Origin: Thiobacillus sp.
GTDB taxonomy: Bacteria > Pseudomonadota > Gammaproteobacteria > Burkholderiales > Thiobacillaceae
DNA length: 64,000 nucleotides
Direction: 5' to 3'
Assembly (NCBI GenBank): GCA_035530575.1
Contig: DATKUP010000170.1
Location: forward strand, 72,440 to 136,439
Shown: piece after piece, positions 59,601 through 64,000 of the stretch
Layout: each line of letters begins with the position of its first letter
Position numbering within the stretch: the first letter of the stretch is position 1
Program-made: the position numbers and the translations under genes
Notes under the pieces: model-generated
Told to the model about the DNA's origin: nothing
What the model saw: the letters and a program-made list of their open reading frames with translations, nothing else
The model's database searches: none

Positions 59601-59616
59601 TGGAACGTATTTTGCG
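59601..59616 (+). promoter_or_regulatory. candidate sigma54 promoter TGGAAC-N5-TTGCG upstream of the pilin gene
   Basis: Canonical GG/GC register. The -12 element lies 39 nt upstream of the ATG at 59654, and GGAG lies 9 nt before the ATG. Confidence 0.6.
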
Positions 59617-59653
59617 TGTTGGCGTCAGGAATAACCCAACGGAGCGCTCCGCC

Positions 59654-60322
59654 ATGCATCAGCCTAATTTCCCGAGACGCCAGTCGGGCTTCACCCTGAT
59701 CGAGATCGCCATTGTGCTGGTCATCATCGGCCTGCTGCTCGGCGGCATTCTCAAGGGACAGGAACTGATCACCAGCGCGCGTGTGCGAAACATCATCGCC
59801 CAACTGGATGGCGCCAAGGCCGCAGTCTTTGGATTCCAGGATCGCTTTCGTGCCCTGCCCGGAGACTTCAGCCAAGCGGAGACCCAGATTGCCGGCGCCT
59901 CGGAAGACGGTGACGGCAATGGTGTGATAGCAGGTAATGAAGCGATCGCAGCCTGGGATCATCTGTCGCATGCCGGATTCATTAACGGTATCTACGTCTA
60001 CAACGCGACAGAGAGTGCAACAACCACGCCCATCAACCCATATGGCGCCAGGCTCCAGCTCATTCACGATGACGTTTACGCTGACAGCGGCACGCCAACC
60101 GCGCGCACCAACCTCAAGACCGGCCCGCAAATTCCGGTGGATATTCTGGCCGAAATCGACCGCAAAACAGATGACGGCAATGCCCTGCGCGGCAGCATGC
60201 GCTTCTCCGCCTATGCAGCTGGCAGCACAGCGCCCACTGCTGCCGACTGTTACGACGCCGCGACCGGGGAATGGCTTGCCGGAAGCGGCGAGGCCAATTG
60301 CGGTGCCGCCATCCTGTTCTAG
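59654..60322 (+). CDS. type IV pilin-like protein (candidate major subunit)
   Basis: Leader MHQPNFPRRQSG|FTLIEIAIVLVIIGLLLGGILKGQELI. 222 aa with a C-terminal Cys pair (ADCYDAATGEWLAGSGEANCG). Confidence 0.85.
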   Translation: MHQPNFPRRQSGFTLIEIAIVLVIIGLLLGGILKGQELITSARVRNIIAQLDGAKAAVFGFQDRFRALPGDFSQAETQIAGASEDGDGNGVIAGNEAIAAWDHLSHAGFINGIYVYNATESATTTPINPYGARLQLIHDDVYADSGTPTARTNLKTGPQIPVDILAEIDRKTDDGNALRGSMRFSAYAAGSTAPTAADCYDAATGEWLAGSGEANCGAAILF

Positions 60323-62289
60323 CCCTGCAACACCCTGAACTCCGCCGCCGCCAGCCCGTCGGCGGCGCCGCGCAGCACCAGAACGTCGCCGACCCGTATT
60401 TCAGTGTCGGGCTGGGGATCGATCCCCTTGATTCCATGACGCCGGATCGCCACCACTTCCACCAGTAATTCGTCCAGCGCCAGCTCTTCCAGGCTATGTC
60501 CGGCCGCGGCCGCGCCCTGCGTGATCAGCACGGTATGCAGGCGCGGCTGGGCGTGCTGGTCGAGTTCGTCGTCGGCGTCGGAGGCGCCGCGGAAATAACC
60601 GCGCATGATGGCGTAACGCGATTCGCGCACCTCGCGGATCCGCTTCAGCACCTGGGTGAGCGGCACGCCCAGCAACATCAACGCGTGGGATGCCAGCATC
60701 AGCGAGCCTTCCATCACCTCCGACACCACCTCGGCCGCGCCCGCCGCTTTCAGCGAGTCGATGTGCGTGTCGTCGATGGTGCGCACCACCACCGGCAGTT
60801 CCGGCCGCAGTTCGCGCACGTGGCGCAGGATGGCCATGCTCGAATGCAGGTCGGAATAGGTCACCACCACCGCCTGTGCGCGGCTCAAGCCGGCGGCGAC
60901 CAGCACTTCGCGGCGGCTGGCATCGCCGTACACCACGTTAACGCCCGACGCGGCCACTGCGCGGATGCGCTCGGGGTCGGCGTCGAGCGCAATGAAGGTG
61001 ATGCCTTCGGCCTCCAGCAGGCGTGACAGGTTCTGGCCGCTGCGGCCATAGCCGCAGACGATCACGTGCTGGGCCTTGCCGAAGGTCTTGACCGCGATGT
61101 CGTGCACTTCCTTGGCGCGGCCGGCCCATTCGCTGCCGGCAAGCAGGCGGGTGATCGTGTCCATGCGGTTGATCAGGAGCGGGGCGATCAGCATCGACAG
61201 CACCATGGCCGCCAGCACCGGCTGGGTGATCCCGGCGCCCAGCAGCGTGAGATCGGCCGCCTGCGCCAGCAGCACGAAGCCGAATTCGCCTGCCTGCGCC
61301 AGCCCCAATGCCGTGCGCACGGCAGTGGGGCGGGCGCTGCCGAATGCCATCGCCAGCCCGCCCACCAGCAGGACCTTGCCGACGACGATGGCCGCCACCA
61401 GCAGCAGCACGTCGCCCCAGTTCAGCATCACCTGCATCAGGTCGAGCCGCATCCCGATGGTGACGAAGAACAGCCCCAGCAAGACGTCGCGGAAAGGCTT
61501 GATATCGTCTTCCACCTGGTAGCGGTATTCGGTCTCCGAGATCAGCATGCCGGCCAGGAAGGCGCCCAGCGCCAGCGACAGGCCGGCGCTTTCGGTGAAA
61601 AAGGCCAGCCCCAGGGTGAACAGCAGCAGGTTCAGCGTGAACAATTCGGGCGATTTGCGCCCGGCCACCCACTGGAACCATGGGCGCATGATGCGCTGGC
61701 CGACGAACAGCAGAAAACCCAGCACCAGCACCGCCTTGAACATGGCCAGCCCCAGCACCAGCCCCATGTCGTCGGCGTCCTTGGCGAACGCCGGGATCAG
61801 GATCAACAGCGGCACCACCGCCAGATCCTGGAACAGCAGCGCACCGAAAATCTGGCGCCCGTGCGGGGTCTGGATTTCCAGCCGCTCGGCCAGCATCTTC
61901 GACACGATGGCGGTGGACGACATCGACATGATGCCGCCCAGCGCGATGGCCGCCAGCAACGGCAAGTCGAGCAGCCAGGCGATCAGCGCGGTGAGCACGA
62001 TGGTGAGCACGACCTGCGCGCCACCGAAGCCGAACACCGTCATGCGCATGGTCATCAGGCGCGGCAGGCTGAATTCCAGGCCGATGGAAAACATCAGGAA
62101 CACCACGCCGAATTCGGCCAGATAGCGCGCCTCCTCGCTGTCCGGAATCCAGCCCAGCGCGAACGGCCCGATGGCAATGCCGGTCACCAGATAGCCGAGC
62201 ATGGTCGGCAGGCGCAGCGCGCGCGCGGCAGCCGCCACCAGTACGGCGACCGCAAGCAGGATCAAAACAAGCTGCAGGCTGGAATGCAT
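60319..62289 (-). CDS. CPA2-family monovalent cation:proton antiporter with C-terminal RCK/TrkA domains (KefB/YbaL-like)
   Basis: 656 aa: about 12 TM Na_H_exchanger-like domain, then a Rossmann motif HVIVCGYGRSG and a TrkA-C-like end. Confidence 0.85.
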   Translation of the reverse strand: MHSSLQLVLILLAVAVLVAAAARALRLPTMLGYLVTGIAIGPFALGWIPDSEEARYLAEFGVVFLMFSIGLEFSLPRLMTMRMTVFGFGGAQVVLTIVLTALIAWLLDLPLLAAIALGGIMSMSSTAIVSKMLAERLEIQTPHGRQIFGALLFQDLAVVPLLILIPAFAKDADDMGLVLGLAMFKAVLVLGFLLFVGQRIMRPWFQWVAGRKSPELFTLNLLLFTLGLAFFTESAGLSLALGAFLAGMLISETEYRYQVEDDIKPFRDVLLGLFFVTIGMRLDLMQVMLNWGDVLLLVAAIVVGKVLLVGGLAMAFGSARPTAVRTALGLAQAGEFGFVLLAQAADLTLLGAGITQPVLAAMVLSMLIAPLLINRMDTITRLLAGSEWAGRAKEVHDIAVKTFGKAQHVIVCGYGRSGQNLSRLLEAEGITFIALDADPERIRAVAASGVNVVYGDASRREVLVAAGLSRAQAVVVTYSDLHSSMAILRHVRELRPELPVVVRTIDDTHIDSLKAAGAAEVVSEVMEGSLMLASHALMLLGVPLTQVLKRIREVRESRYAIMRGYFRGASDADDELDQHAQPRLHTVLITQGAAAAGHSLEELALDELLVEVVAIRRHGIKGIDPQPDTEIRVGDVLVLRGAADGLAAAEFRVLQG

Positions 62290-62336
62290 TCAGGAAAACA
62301 CAGTTGGCAAGGCAGGCTTTAGTATACTTGCCGACC

Positions 62337-63323
62337 ATGCGACCCCAACCCACCTCCGCCGAACATTTGCTTGCGCTTGCGCGCCAGGTACTCGACATCG
62401 AAGCCGACGCCCTGCGTACCACGTCCTCCCGCCTCGATGCCGGTTTTGCCGATGCCGTGCACCTGATCCTGGCCTGCAGCGGCCGTGTGGTGGTGTCCGG
62501 CATGGGCAAATCCGGGCATATCGGCGGCAAGATCGCCGCCACCCTGGCGTCCACCGGAACCCCGGCGTTTTTCATGCATCCGGGCGAAGCCAGCCACGGC
62601 GACCTCGGTATGATCGCGCAAAACGATGTCGTGCTGGCGCTGTCCAATTCGGGCGAGAGCAACGAACTCGTCTGCATCGTGCCGCTCATCAAGCGGCGCG
62701 GCGCCAAGCTCATCGCAATGACCGGCAATCCGCATTCGACCCTGGCACGCGAGGCCGACGCCCACCTCAATGCAGCGGTCGACAAGGAAGCCTGCCCGCT
62801 CAACCTGGCGCCCACCGCCAGCACGACTGCCGCACTGGCACTGGGCGATGCGCTGGCGGTGGCGCTGCTCGATGCGCGCGGTTTTTCGGCCGACGATTTC
62901 GCCCGCTCCCATCCCGGCGGCAGCCTCGGGCGGCGCCTGCTGGTGCACGTGCGTGACGTCATGCACAGCGGCGACGAACTGCCGAAAATCGATCGCGACG
63001 CCTCGCTCAAGGTCGCCCTGCTCGAAATGACGAAGAAGGGACTCGGCATGACCGCCGTGGTCGACGCCGCCGGGAAGGTGGCGGGGGTGTTCACCGACGG
63101 CGACCTGCGGCGGGCGCTGGAGCATGCGCTCGATCTGCAGCAGGCGCGGGTGAGCGACCTGATGACGCCCAATCCGAAGACCATCGGCGCGGACGAACTC
63201 GCCGTGGCGGCGGTGGAGAAAATGGAAACCATGAAAATCAACGGCCTGCTGGTGGTCGACCCCGACAACACCCTGGTCGGCGCGCTCAACATGCACGACC
63301 TGCTGAAAGCCGGGGTGGTGTGA
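62337..63323 (+). CDS. kdsD: arabinose-5-phosphate isomerase KdsD (SIS + tandem CBS)
   Basis: SIS motif VVSGMGKSGHIG, two CBS domains, kdsD-kdsC synteny. Confidence 0.9.
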   Translation: MRPQPTSAEHLLALARQVLDIEADALRTTSSRLDAGFADAVHLILACSGRVVVSGMGKSGHIGGKIAATLASTGTPAFFMHPGEASHGDLGMIAQNDVVLALSNSGESNELVCIVPLIKRRGAKLIAMTGNPHSTLAREADAHLNAAVDKEACPLNLAPTASTTAALALGDALAVALLDARGFSADDFARSHPGGSLGRRLLVHVRDVMHSGDELPKIDRDASLKVALLEMTKKGLGMTAVVDAAGKVAGVFTDGDLRRALEHALDLQQARVSDLMTPNPKTIGADELAVAAVEKMETMKINGLLVVDPDNTLVGALNMHDLLKAGVV

Positions 63324-63343
63324 TGAACCCAAAAACCTCAGTT

Positions 63344-63455
63344 CTCACCACAGAGGCACAGAGACACAGAGTAAAATCAACAGTTTGGCCTGGTTTTTTA
63401 CGCGCCTCTTTGTTGACTCGACTTTACTCTGTGCCTCTGTGCGCCTCTGTGGTAA
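63344..63455. repeat. REP/MITE-like inverted-repeat element, copy 3
   Basis: Left arm tctcaccacagaggcacagagacacagag. Right arm ctctgtgcctctgtgcgcctctgtggtaagg. Lies between kdsD and kdsC. Confidence 0.8.
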
Positions 63456-63465
63456 GGACTTTAAG

Positions 63466-63993
63466 GTGAGTACAACTTTGATCGAATGTGCACAAAAGAT
63501 CCGGCTGATCGCGTTCGACGTCGATGGCGTGATGACCGACGGCACCCTGTTCCTGGCCGACGACGGCCAGGAATATAAGGGCTTCAACTCACTCGACGGC
63601 CACGGTCTGAAAATGCTCAAGGGCAGCGGCGTCGAGCTTGCCATCATCACCGGCCGCAGCTCGCGCGTGGTGGAAAATCGTGCAAAAAACCTCGGCATCG
63701 AGATTATCCACCAGGGCGCACACGACAAGCTGGTCGTGTACGAGGCGCTCTGCCGCGAACTCGGCATCGAATACGAAGCCACCGCCTACATGGGCGACGA
63801 TGTGATCGACCTGCCGGTGATGCGACGCGCCGGGCTGGCGATTACCGTGCCCGGCGCCCCCGAGCTGGTGAAGGCGCATAGCCACTACATCACCATCCGG
63901 GAGGCAGGGCGCGGCGCGGTACGCGAAGCCTGCGAATTCCTGATGCGCGCGCAGGGCACGCTGGACGCGGCATTGGCCCCCTATCTGAAATGA
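63466..63993 (+). CDS. kdsC: 3-deoxy-D-manno-octulosonate 8-phosphate phosphatase KdsC
   Basis: HAD motif I FDVDGVMTDG and GDDVIDL. GTG start at 63466 chosen because the track start (63385) lies inside the repeat element. Confidence 0.88.
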   Translation: MSTTLIECAQKIRLIAFDVDGVMTDGTLFLADDGQEYKGFNSLDGHGLKMLKGSGVELAIITGRSSRVVENRAKNLGIEIIHQGAHDKLVVYEALCRELGIEYEATAYMGDDVIDLPVMRRAGLAITVPGAPELVKAHSHYITIREAGRGAVREACEFLMRAQGTLDAALAPYLK

Positions 63994-64000
63994 ACCGTCG
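63990..64000 (+). CDS. first codons of the next ORF (MNR...), probably lptC by kdsD-kdsC-lptC synteny
   Basis: The ATG overlaps the kdsC stop (ATGA). Only 11 nt fall within the window. Confidence 0.3.

Overview
High-GC (about 65-70% in hand-counted lines) betaproteobacterial chromosome segment. Gene content suggests a Thiobacillus-like sulfur-oxidising denitrifier, but that is inference only. No rRNA, tRNA, CRISPR array, intact IS or prophage was seen.

Layout:
- 1-18 kb: housekeeping core (yfgM-like, hisS, ispG, rodZ, pilW, rlmN, ndk, tilS, accA, slyD, bcp, lptGF, pepA, holC, valS).
- 18.3-32.4 kb: sulfur-oxidation block. It holds a FadL-type porin, rhd-tusA-dsrE-like sulfur relay, cytoplasmic sulfite dehydrogenase soeABC, moaC, an M48/TPR protease, and soxXYZAB without soxCD.
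- 32.9-40 kb: extended nitric-oxide reductase cluster, norC-norB-norE-(small TM)-norQ-(small TM)-(CcoG/NapH-like polyferredoxin)-norD-(85-aa HMA-like protein ending CCGSCGG).
- 40-43.3 kb: DUF1415 gene and alaS.
- 43.3-60.3 kb: MSHA/T2SS-like type IV filament locus. It contains an orphan 563-aa protein with a PilZ-like motif pair, a sigma54-dependent PrsR-like response regulator, an ExeA/MshM-like ATPase, a lipoprotein secretin, a TPR protein, an MshE-type ATPase with two c-di-GMP (MshEN) motifs, a GspF-type platform, a PilMN/GspL-like protein, a PilO-like protein, a small periplasmic protein, a 338-aa 16-Cys pseudopilin with a low-GC C-terminal domain, a polytopic histidine kinase, and a pilin with a sigma54-type promoter.
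- 60.3-64 kb: CPA2 K+/H+ antiporter, kdsD, kdsC.

Best candidates for undescribed biology:
- The metal- or thiol-handling genes inserted in the nor cluster.
- The c-di-GMP/sigma54-wired filament system with its cysteine-rich pilin.

Several non-coding repeat and hairpin families were also found: CACAGAG-based REP-like elements, a G-tract heptamer array, and 21-bp periodic dyads upstream of valS. The many long ORFs antisense to real genes are treated as GC-rich shadow ORFs.
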